The notes below the pieces were generated by a model that had not been told where the DNA came from, made no database searches, and saw nothing but the letters and a program-made list of their open reading frames with translations. 64,000 nucleotides of DNA from Thermoplasmata archaeon (GTDB lineage Archaea; Thermoplasmatota; Thermoplasmata; GCA-020350865), in assembly GCA_020348445.1 (NCBI GenBank), contig CP070751.1, positions 2,444,892 to 2,508,891 of the forward strand, given 5' to 3'. The first letter of the stretch is position 1, and each line of letters starts with the position of its first letter. A program made the position numbers and the translations under genes. Below, one piece after another: positions 46,882-55,352 of the stretch.

Positions 46882-47629
46882 TTAAACATTGTTCTAATCT
46901 TTGAAAGATCTCAGGAAGAATCTCCCCTGCTTTCCCGAAAATAGAAACATTCGCAATTGAAGATACGGGTGTAGCTGCAAGATTAATTTCGATAATCGAT
47001 GCCCCGTTTGTCTTTGCAGAAAACGGCAGGCTTGCTGCAGGTTGAACCAAAACCGAGGTTCCCACAACGAGCATGCTATCACATTCCTCGGACAGTAAAA
47101 AAGCCTGGCTAATTTCCTTTTGGGGCATGGCCTCCCCGAACCAGACAACATCAGGTCTAATTAATGAGCCACACTTGCATTTTGGTGGGATCTCACTGAG
47201 GGGGACTTCTAGGAACTCGAATATTTTCTGTTCCTCAAGGCACCTTACTCTCCAAATATTCCCATGAAGCTCGATTATGTTTTTACTTCCCGCTTTTCTG
47301 TGTAAGCCGTCAACATTCTGTGTAATGACTGAAAAATTCGGGAAATTCTTTTCCATCTTTGCTATGGTCAAGTGAGCGGGATTTGGACCGCCTTCTTGGA
47401 TCTTCTGCCTCCTCCAGTCGTACCATTCCCACACTTTCTTTGGGTCATTTTCGAAGGCATAGGGAGTGGCCAGATCCTCGGCCCTGTATTTTTCCCACAT
47501 ACCGTCCTTTCCTCTGAATGTTGGAATTCCGCTTTCTGCCGAGATGCCCGCGCCTGTAAAGACAACCACATTTTTTGCCTCTTCAAGGAGCCTGCAGGCC
47601 TCGGTGATCTTTTCATCTTCAGCCATCAA
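46868..47629 (-). CDS. cobB: NAD-dependent protein deacylase (sirtuin, class III)
   Basis: TGAGISAESGIPTFRG, TQNVDGLH, ELHGNI, RPDVVWFGE, VGTS..V.PAA. Confidence 0.95.
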   Translation of the reverse strand: MMAEDEKITEACRLLEEAKNVVVFTGAGISAESGIPTFRGKDGMWEKYRAEDLATPYAFENDPKKVWEWYDWRRQKIQEGGPNPAHLTIAKMEKNFPNFSVITQNVDGLHRKAGSKNIIELHGNIWRVRCLEEQKIFEFLEVPLSEIPPKCKCGSLIRPDVVWFGEAMPQKEISQAFLLSEECDSMLVVGTSVLVQPAASLPFSAKTNGASIIEINLAATPVSSIANVSIFGKAGEILPEIFQRLEQCLSDGM

Positions 47630-47682
47630 TTTGACATATCTCGACCTTTGGTTTTAATTTTTTGGAGAAATACCCGAATATC

Positions 47683-47740
47683 TCAAAAGCAAATGTATTT
47701 TACGACTATAAGAATGTAATTTTTCTACACAGAGCATATA
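47683..47740 (+). repeat. 58-bp direct repeat (copy 1), promoter-proximal
   Basis: 51/58 identity to 53532-53589 by manual alignment; ends at a TATA-like element. Confidence 0.8.
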
Positions 47741-47797
47741 TATCTAAGGTTATATAGACGTCGATTAGGGATAAGGTATGTTGAGGGGGCATTTGCA

Positions 47798-50700
47798 ATG
47801 AAAAGGAAGTTGCCATCGGTTAGTGTCTGTTTTCTCCTTGTTTTGGTGATGTTCATCTCGGTGGACATGGGGCTTGAGGTAGTGGAGAATGCAGAAGGGA
47901 CCACGATTTATGTGGGAGGCTTGGGTCCTGGTAATTATTCTACTATCCAGGCGGCAATAAATGATGCAAACAACGGTGATACAGTATATGTATACCACGG
48001 AGATTATTCTGGATGTTTATTAATAAACAAAACAATAAATCTAATCGGAGAACATAAGAACAATACAACCATCGATGGCGGAGGAGATGGATACGTAATT
48101 TGTATTACCTCTGATTTCGTAAATATAACTGGGTTTGAAATAATGGGCAGCGGAAAAAATCACCCATGGGCTGGAGTAAAAATAGACTCCCATAACAATA
48201 CAATCTTTGCAAATAGCATTTCAGCAAACGACGGATATGGCATTTATCTTAATTATTCAAATGATAACATTATACGTGATAACATATTTTATTGGAATCA
48301 TGGATCAATTTGGCTTGATCATTCCACAAGAAACAAAATAACAGGCAATACCTTGATGGTTAGTATGGCCTCCATAACCCTTCTTTACTCCAAAGAGAAT
48401 AAAATAACATATAATTATATATCATCAAATAATCAAAGTACCGGTATCCATCTTATTTATTCAGATAATAACGATATCATGGCTAATGCACTTATAAATT
48501 GCTGGCATGGAATTTATATTGAGCGTTCCAGTAAAAATGAAGTAATGGGGAACGATGCATCAAGTGGAAAATATGGAATACGTTTAAATGTCGCCACTGA
48601 AACACAAATTACGTTAAATAGTGTCTCCTCAAACGGTCATACAGGTATTTATCTCAGCGGCTCTTCAAACAACACCATATACCATAATAATATCCTTTCA
48701 AATACAAATCTGGGATACGATAATTCCAATGACGCCAATCAATGGGATGCCGGCTATCCAGATGGGGGCAATTATTGGTCAGATTTTTCAGGATTCGATA
48801 ACTTCAGCGGTCCAGATCAGGATATACCAGGGGGCGATGATATAGGAGATTCCCCCTATTCTATTGATTCTGATTCCATTGATAATTATCCAATGATGAA
48901 TCCATGCAATATTCCGTATAACCCTCCTAATTCCCCTGAGGAAAGAAACCGTCCACCCACAGCTTATGCATCACCAGAAGCACAGACTATATATGTTGAC
49001 CAAAGTGCACAATTTTCAGGATGGGGTATGGACCTCGACGGTTATATAAAGGTCTATGAATGGGATTTTGGGGATGGATCTCCTCTAAGTTACAGTAAGA
49101 ATCCTACACATCAATATGATGAAATAGGTGATTACATAGTTACCCTAACAGTTATAGACAATGATGGGGGAATGGATTCAGATACATGCGAAGTAACTAT
49201 AATTCCAAGAAATCCTCCCATCGCTGATGCAGGTTCTGATCAATCAGTTTTTATTGGCCAGGATGTTCAGTTCGACGGAAGCGGAAGTTACGATCCTGAT
49301 GATCATTATTACTGGAATATTACGAAAGTAGCTGATACAAGTCATTATGGACCAAAATATACGTGGATTGAAATTAAAAGTGATGATACACCATTGATAA
49401 GTTATGGTAATGGTTACTATTCACAGGTATTGGATAGCAAAGATCGATTACATAAAATCTACGGGTCTGGAAGCCTTGTATATACCGGTTATCTTAATAA
49501 TCAACCTACCTCACAAATTGTAGATAGTGGTGGTGTAGGCTTCTATTCCTCAATTGCACTTGGCAGTAATGATTACCCACAAATTAGCTATTATGATGGC
49601 GGAAATGGTGATTTGAAATATGCAAGATGGACAGGGAGTAACTGGAGCATTCAACCTGTGGATACAGAGGGAGATATTGGAACCTTCACCTCAATTGTAG
49701 TTGACATTTTTGATTTTCCCCATATAAGCTATTTAGATGCAGCCAACCAGAACCTGAAATACGCAAGATGGACTGGAAGTGAATGGAGCATCAAAACCGT
49801 TCCTACAAACGGAGACGAAATCCGCCAGGTATCAATTGGAACCACGGGTAGAGAGGCGATTTTAAGCTTTGTTGAAATTAGTAATGTTCCTATGAATGAA
49901 AATATGGAATTAAAGTGCGCAACTTGGTCTGGTAACTATTGGAATATCAATGAAGTAGACGATTATGGATATGCACGTCATTTCTTTTGTTCACCTTCCA
50001 TGAGGATCGATGAAAATGGTTTTATACATCTTAGTTATGGGCACTGGAATATAAGTAACAATGAGAATCATCATTGGGATCCTGAGCTCAGGTACAATTG
50101 TGGTGATATCGAAACCGTGGATAGTCATCCAGATTTCCCCGGTGTTGCCTTTGCCAGTTCATCCATAGCTTTTGACAGCAAGATTCTCCCGCATATTGTT
50201 TATTGGGATGAACTAGATCAAAGTGTTGAGTACGCTAAAAAGACTAAATTCAACGATATTATCTCCTACGAATGGAATTTTGGTGATGGGACACCAAATG
50301 TCACAGGCAAGAATCCCATTCATGTTTATAACACTCCAGGAATGTATGACGTAACTCTTACAGTCATGGACCGAAGTGGTGGTAAAGATACCGATAATTG
50401 CACTATAACTGTAATAAACGGGACCCCTGTGAATCTAAATTATGGTTGGAATCTCATTTCCCTTCCGACAATTCAAGATGATACAAAAATCCAAACAGTT
50501 TTACAATCAATTGAAGGGGACTACGATGCTGTACAATGGTACGACGCATCAGATAGCCGTGACCCATGGAAACATCATCATATTTCCAAGCCACCCTACC
50601 TAAACGATCTGAATGCAATTGACCATAAAATGGGCCTCTATATTCGTGTCACTAACAAGAAAGGAGCGATTCTCTTTTTAGAGGGGGTTAGGCCTGCCAC

Positions 50701-50938
50701 AACCCAGGAAATTAGCCTCCATCAGGGTTGGAACCTGGTAGGCTATCCCTCTTCCATAATTCTTTCGAGGGATGAAGCCCTTAATAATCTCGTTTTTGAG
50801 GTGCAAATTAACGCTATAAAATATTATGATACAACATCCAGCAAGCTCAAAAATCTAGGTGAAGATGGATTAATGGAACCGGGTATGGGCTTCTACATTC
50901 ACGCTCAAACCAACTGCGTGTGGGAGGTGACACTTTGA
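47798..50938 (+). CDS. Secreted NosD-like beta-helix protein with two PKD domains, an inserted propeller-like region and the C-terminal domain (165-aa class)
   Basis: YSTIQAAI..A..GDTVYVY.G.Y; GI.L..S..N.I..N repeats; GGNYWSD; PKD WDFGDG motifs; C-terminal domain from 50441. Confidence 0.85.
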   Translation: MKRKLPSVSVCFLLVLVMFISVDMGLEVVENAEGTTIYVGGLGPGNYSTIQAAINDANNGDTVYVYHGDYSGCLLINKTINLIGEHKNNTTIDGGGDGYVICITSDFVNITGFEIMGSGKNHPWAGVKIDSHNNTIFANSISANDGYGIYLNYSNDNIIRDNIFYWNHGSIWLDHSTRNKITGNTLMVSMASITLLYSKENKITYNYISSNNQSTGIHLIYSDNNDIMANALINCWHGIYIERSSKNEVMGNDASSGKYGIRLNVATETQITLNSVSSNGHTGIYLSGSSNNTIYHNNILSNTNLGYDNSNDANQWDAGYPDGGNYWSDFSGFDNFSGPDQDIPGGDDIGDSPYSIDSDSIDNYPMMNPCNIPYNPPNSPEERNRPPTAYASPEAQTIYVDQSAQFSGWGMDLDGYIKVYEWDFGDGSPLSYSKNPTHQYDEIGDYIVTLTVIDNDGGMDSDTCEVTIIPRNPPIADAGSDQSVFIGQDVQFDGSGSYDPDDHYYWNITKVADTSHYGPKYTWIEIKSDDTPLISYGNGYYSQVLDSKDRLHKIYGSGSLVYTGYLNNQPTSQIVDSGGVGFYSSIALGSNDYPQISYYDGGNGDLKYARWTGSNWSIQPVDTEGDIGTFTSIVVDIFDFPHISYLDAANQNLKYARWTGSEWSIKTVPTNGDEIRQVSIGTTGREAILSFVEISNVPMNENMELKCATWSGNYWNINEVDDYGYARHFFCSPSMRIDENGFIHLSYGHWNISNNENHHWDPELRYNCGDIETVDSHPDFPGVAFASSSIAFDSKILPHIVYWDELDQSVEYAKKTKFNDIISYEWNFGDGTPNVTGKNPIHVYNTPGMYDVTLTVMDRSGGKDTDNCTITVINGTPVNLNYGWNLISLPTIQDDTKIQTVLQSIEGDYDAVQWYDASDSRDPWKHHHISKPPYLNDLNAIDHKMGLYIRVTNKKGAILFLEGVRPATTQEISLHQGWNLVGYPSSIILSRDEALNNLVFEVQINAIKYYDTTSSKLKNLGEDGLMEPGMGFYIHAQTNCVWEVTL
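50893..50929 (+). repeat. 37-bp repeat at a gene 3' end (second copy at 53388-53424)
   Basis: CTACATTCA(C/T)GCTCAAACCAACTGCGTGTGGGAGGTG, 36/37 identical. Confidence 0.85.
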
Positions 50939-53433
50939 GGAGGAAAGTTACATCTTTAGGTCTATGTTTAATACTTTTTATGGCGATATTTACTACTTTC
51001 GATTTGAATTGTAAAATTATCCAAACAGGTAAAAGTGAAACCTTCTATGTGGATGATGACGGTGGAAAGGACTATACAAGAATACAGGATGCAATAGACA
51101 ATGCCACTGCTGGAAGTATTATTTATGTCTGGAATGGAACCTACAATGAAAATGTTGTTGTGGATAAATCATTAACAATTATCGGCAATAGTTCGATGAA
51201 CACAATTATCGATGCTAATAAAACCGGTGATGCAATGACCATCCAAGCAAATTGGGTAAATATTACTGGATTTACATTTGCTAGGCCAAATAAATATAAA
51301 GCTGGAATAAAGCTTGATAATGCTGAGAATTGTATGGTAACGTATAATGCTTATTCTCCCTATTATGGTTCCTCATATGGTATCCATATCTATAATTCCA
51401 GAGAGAACACTATAATTTCCAATAACTTCTCAAAAGCAAGATGCGGGATTTTAGTAAATATATCGGACAATAATAATATTGCAGAAAACGATCTATTCGG
51501 CAACAGATATGGCATATTTCTGGGTCCATCAAGTAACAATAATTACATTGATAACAACAATATTTCAAATAGTAAAATCTTGAATGTCGACCAGTATGGG
51601 ATATATATCCATTATTCTGTCGGAAATAATATCACACAAAATATAATGGTTGAAAATGGAATTTTTATCTCTGGAAACCTTATTCAACATTGGAATACAC
51701 ATAAAATTGATACTTCAAATATTATTTCCTCAAAACCTGTATATTATTGGAAGAATCGAACTGGTGGTATTATCCCAATGGGTGCGGGGCAGATCATCCT
51801 AGCCCACTGCCAAAATGTTACAGTAAAAAATCAGGAAATTTCTAATAGTTCTGTGGGAATTGAGCTGGGTTTCTCACTAAACAATGATATTATAAATAAT
51901 AATGCATCGGATAACTATTATGGATTTTACTTATATAAATCAAATGATAATTTGTTTATGAATAATAATATCTCAAATAATAATTATGGGATTTTCTTAA
52001 AAAATTCCGGCAATAACAAGATCATCTCGTGCAGTTCTTATTCAAACAAAAAATATTCAATTTATTGCCATGTTTCAAATGATAATTTAATGGAAAGTAA
52101 TGAATTTCATTCAAGCATTTATTTATTCTCTTCAAGTTTTAATAAGATAAATGATAATGATTTAAATAAATGCAGTATTGGCTTAAGATACTCATCGAAT
52201 AACAGTATCGAAAGAAATACCTTTTCTAGTGGCGGAATTGGTCTTCAACATTCCTCAAATTACAATACAGTAACAAAAAATATCATTCTAAATTCAGGAG
52301 TCTCGTTAACGTTAACATCTTCGATGTACAACAGTATTACATATAATGAAATTTTTCATCCAACAATAGGCTTTGATTTATATTTATCCTCAAAAAATAT
52401 TATTGCAAATAACAATATATCGTTAAGTAACATAGATGGGATTTATTTATCCGATTCAGATCACAACATCATTCTTGATAATAATATATCGTTCAGTCAA
52501 GTTGATGGTATCTATAGCTATTATTCTTCAAATAATACGATCAGGGGAAATAACATATCATCAAACAATGAAATGGGAATTCATTTTTCACATTCACACA
52601 ACAGCTCGATAATTGAAAATACTATTTATAAAAATGGATACGGCCCTATATTCGATAGTTGGGGCATTCGTCTAGAGTTTTCATTAAATAATGTAATCTA
52701 TCACAATAATATAATAGATAACAAAATACAAGAATCTGATAACTCACCTTTTTCAAATTTGTGGAATGATTCATATCCCTCTGGTGGTAATTACTGGAGC
52801 AATTACAAAGGGAAGGATGAAAAAAGTGGCCCGAAGCAGGATCAACCTGGAAGCGATGGTATCGGTGATACCTCGATCGGGAGTGATAATTACCCTCTAA
52901 TGAAACCCTACCAAAAAACGAGGATACCCTTGACTAAAGGTTTTAATTTAATATCAATTCCAAAAATCCAATCAGATACCTCTATTCAAAGTGTTTTGTA
53001 TTCCCTTTCAAATCAATATTATGCCGTTCAATCGTATAACAATTCGGATGGAAATGATCCTTGGAAACATTACCACACCTCAAAACCCTCTCAAATGAAC
53101 GACTTGAAATGTCTCGACCACAATATGGGATTTTTTATATATATAAAAGATCCAGATGGAACAATTTTTATAGTGAATGGAACAATGCCTCATTTTTCAC
53201 AAAATATTTCACTTTATAAAGGTTGGAATCTTGTTGGCTATCCCTCTTTTACTAATTATAACCGAACTGATGCCCTAAACAACCTTACTTTCGGAACACA
53301 TGTGGATGCAATATGGACCTTTAATTCTGCAAATCAAAAATTTCAATCGATTGGTGAGTCAGATTACTTCAAGCAAGGTAAAGGTTACTACATTCATGCT
53401 CAAACCAACTGCGTGTGGGAGGTGCCCCTCTGA
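50935..53433 (+). CDS. Secreted NosD-like beta-helix protein with the C-terminal domain (165-aa class)
   Basis: DYTRIQDAIDNA, Asn-rich parallel beta-helix repeats, GGNYWSNY; C-terminal domain from 52936. TTG 50935 overlaps the upstream TGA behind GGAGGTG. Confidence 0.85.
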   Translation: MRRKVTSLGLCLILFMAIFTTFDLNCKIIQTGKSETFYVDDDGGKDYTRIQDAIDNATAGSIIYVWNGTYNENVVVDKSLTIIGNSSMNTIIDANKTGDAMTIQANWVNITGFTFARPNKYKAGIKLDNAENCMVTYNAYSPYYGSSYGIHIYNSRENTIISNNFSKARCGILVNISDNNNIAENDLFGNRYGIFLGPSSNNNYIDNNNISNSKILNVDQYGIYIHYSVGNNITQNIMVENGIFISGNLIQHWNTHKIDTSNIISSKPVYYWKNRTGGIIPMGAGQIILAHCQNVTVKNQEISNSSVGIELGFSLNNDIINNNASDNYYGFYLYKSNDNLFMNNNISNNNYGIFLKNSGNNKIISCSSYSNKKYSIYCHVSNDNLMESNEFHSSIYLFSSSFNKINDNDLNKCSIGLRYSSNNSIERNTFSSGGIGLQHSSNYNTVTKNIILNSGVSLTLTSSMYNSITYNEIFHPTIGFDLYLSSKNIIANNNISLSNIDGIYLSDSDHNIILDNNISFSQVDGIYSYYSSNNTIRGNNISSNNEMGIHFSHSHNSSIIENTIYKNGYGPIFDSWGIRLEFSLNNVIYHNNIIDNKIQESDNSPFSNLWNDSYPSGGNYWSNYKGKDEKSGPKQDQPGSDGIGDTSIGSDNYPLMKPYQKTRIPLTKGFNLISIPKIQSDTSIQSVLYSLSNQYYAVQSYNNSDGNDPWKHYHTSKPSQMNDLKCLDHNMGFFIYIKDPDGTIFIVNGTMPHFSQNISLYKGWNLVGYPSFTNYNRTDALNNLTFGTHVDAIWTFNSANQKFQSIGESDYFKQGKGYYIHAQTNCVWEVPL

Positions 53434-53440
53434 TTTTTTT
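53434..53440 (+). terminator. Oligo-T archaeal-type terminator
   Basis: T7 run immediately after the stop codon of 50935..53433. Confidence 0.45.
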
Positions 53441-53531
53441 GCTACCTTAGATGGCCTCGACATTCCTTATTAATCCTCCCACACTTTTATCTTTTTTTAT
53501 AAATCATTTGCACAAAAGACAATCGAACATG

Positions 53532-53589
53532 TCAAAAATAAATGTATTTTTCGAATATAAAAATGTAATTTGTCTACACAGAGCTTATA
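53532..53589 (+). repeat. 58-bp direct repeat (copy 2), promoter-proximal
   Basis: See 47683-47740; ends in CTTATA(AA). Confidence 0.8.
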
Positions 53590-53646
53590 AAGGGGAAATA
53601 CCATATAGATAACATATTGAAACATGTTATATCTGGAGGGATATGC

Positions 53647-53916
53647 GTGTCAAGATGTAGATCGTCACCGTCAGCAATATGCCTGCTTTCGTCTATATTA
53701 ATGGTTGTTAAAAAAAGAGTTAAAAGAAAGAAAATAGTAAAAATATCTAAAAAGAAACAAGGAAAGCTGACTTCAAAGGATAAGAAATATGAGAAGCAAG
53801 AGGAACTTTCTTCCCTCTTAAGAGAGATAAAAGAGGAGCTTGCCCCGCTGCCTCACGTTTTAACTGTTTTAGGTACTATATTACAAAGCGAGGGTTCAGA
53901 TGTGGATGAATTATGA
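53647..53916 (+). CDS. Hypothetical Lys-rich small protein
   Basis: GTG 53647 follows GGAGGG (alternative ATG 53701); Lys-rich N-half with a helical C-half. Confidence 0.35.
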   Translation: MSRCRSSPSAICLLSSILMVVKKRVKRKKIVKISKKKQGKLTSKDKKYEKQEELSSLLREIKEELAPLPHVLTVLGTILQSEGSDVDEL

Positions 53917-54172
53917 AATTGATGATCACATAGCCGCAACCTTGCAGCCTGGAAGTGAACAAAAGATATTTGATAATGGTGCCCTTCCATTTTTAAATTG
54001 GACTTTCTCCCTCCTTCCAGGCTCGGATCTTTTTACTGTTTACCTTATAACTTTTCTTTTTGAAGGAGTGGAAATCAACGATCTAGTTTATGGTAATAAA
54101 TCACAAAGTAATAAATCATTTTGGAGGGAACAACATGAGGGGGAATGCATATACGAAACTCAAGAAACATGA
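53906..54172 (+). CDS. Hypothetical small protein
   Basis: ORF overlapping both neighbours; GAGGGT upstream; no motif. Confidence 0.3.
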   Translation: MNYEIDDHIAATLQPGSEQKIFDNGALPFLNWTFSLLPGSDLFTVYLITFLFEGVEINDLVYGNKSQSNKSFWREQHEGECIYETQET

Positions 54173-54386
54173 GGGATCATTGGAGAGATTGGTGAACAGC
54201 GATTTCATGGTTGAAGTTCAACCAGATAATCCAACCAACGATGCATTGCACATAGATGGTACATCTTATGGAATTTTTGTCCTAAATAATGAGTTGCGTG
54301 AGCTTATTGGTCTTATCGGGAAGGTAGCCGCGATTCGTCCTATTTCCAAAAAGGGTCTTGGGGATGGTGTAAATGTTAAAAAATAG
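54135..54386 (+). CDS. Hypothetical small protein
   Basis: ATG 54135 with a good GGAGGG RBS; no motif recognised. Confidence 0.45.
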   Translation: MRGNAYTKLKKHEGSLERLVNSDFMVEVQPDNPTNDALHIDGTSYGIFVLNNELRELIGLIGKVAAIRPISKKGLGDGVNVKK

Positions 54387-54541
54387 GATAGAATCTAAAC
54401 ACGTTCTGCTTCTAGCAATTATTTCGGGAATATATGGGAGGTGCTTATTCAAATAAGGTGATAAAGTAGACTTTGGACTTGTTATATAGGGCGCTGGGTT
54501 AGAAAAAGTTGTTGATAAATTAGTTTGAGGTAGGTTAAGCC

Positions 54542-55219
54542 ATGTACAGAAGTGCATCTTTGGTGTGGGAAGATCATGTCTTATCATTCGATGAGGCTGT
54601 CAAAGAAAATGGTCATTCATTTGATATTTTTATGGATGGTGGTTGTGGAAGGGAAAAATTTCTCGAAAGGTATTCCAATCAATTCAGATTTTGCATAGGC
54701 ATTGACACCGATTTAAGAGAATGCAACAAATCTCATAATAACATACAATATATTAAGGGAGATCTGGAAGGAATTCCTCTAAAGGATGCTAGTGTGGATG
54801 TCATTCTTACCAACTTCGTTTTGGAGCATATCAGAAGACCAAAAAGATTCTTCATGGAAGCGTCCAGAGTCATGAAAAAAGAAGGTATATTAATTATCTG
54901 GACACCGAATGCAAAATCCCCTGCTGGCCTTATGATACACTTGTTACCTATTTCATTTATAAAAAATTTCAAGAAGAATTTCATTGGCCACGAATCTTAC
55001 CCAACCTATTATCTTTCCAATAGCCCCTTAAAACTTGATGCCATGCTTAAAGAATCTGGACTTCAAAAGGCAAAATTGGAGATGAAAGATGGAGTATTTT
55101 ATTTCTCGGAATTTAAAGTGGTGAGATTGTTGCATTCAGTTCTCATCAAGCTAACAGATTGTGATGGATTTGGGCAGTTCAAGGATTTAATATTTGCAGT
55201 ATATTTGAAGGCAAGATAG
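54542..55219 (+). CDS. Class I SAM-dependent methyltransferase
   Basis: MDGGCG motif I, GID, GDLE.IPL.D.S.DVI...VLEH, L....PN. Confidence 0.88.
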   Translation: MYRSASLVWEDHVLSFDEAVKENGHSFDIFMDGGCGREKFLERYSNQFRFCIGIDTDLRECNKSHNNIQYIKGDLEGIPLKDASVDVILTNFVLEHIRRPKRFFMEASRVMKKEGILIIWTPNAKSPAGLMIHLLPISFIKNFKKNFIGHESYPTYYLSNSPLKLDAMLKESGLQKAKLEMKDGVFYFSEFKVVRLLHSVLIKLTDCDGFGQFKDLIFAVYLKAR

Positions 55220-55352
55220 AAGACATAAAATTATGATATCTGATTGAGCAACTTAAAATCCAAATGTAGCATATCATGTGTTATAGTGCTTTTGATTTCA
55301 TTTGGTAAGGGACCTCGACAATCCTTATTAATCCTCTCACACATTCACTTTT

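Noticed and set aside
50893-53424. Diversity-generating retroelement TR/VR pair
   Set aside because: The repeat is only 37 nt, the single mismatch is C/T rather than adenine-specific, and no reverse transcriptase gene is present.
47798-53433. nosD / nitrous oxide reductase maturation
   Set aside because: These are generic parallel beta-helix repeats in large surface proteins; no nosZ/F/Y/L genes.
47683-53589. Integron attC sites or IS terminal repeats
   Set aside because: The repeats are direct, lack the attC palindrome and GTT core, and no integrase or transposase is seen.
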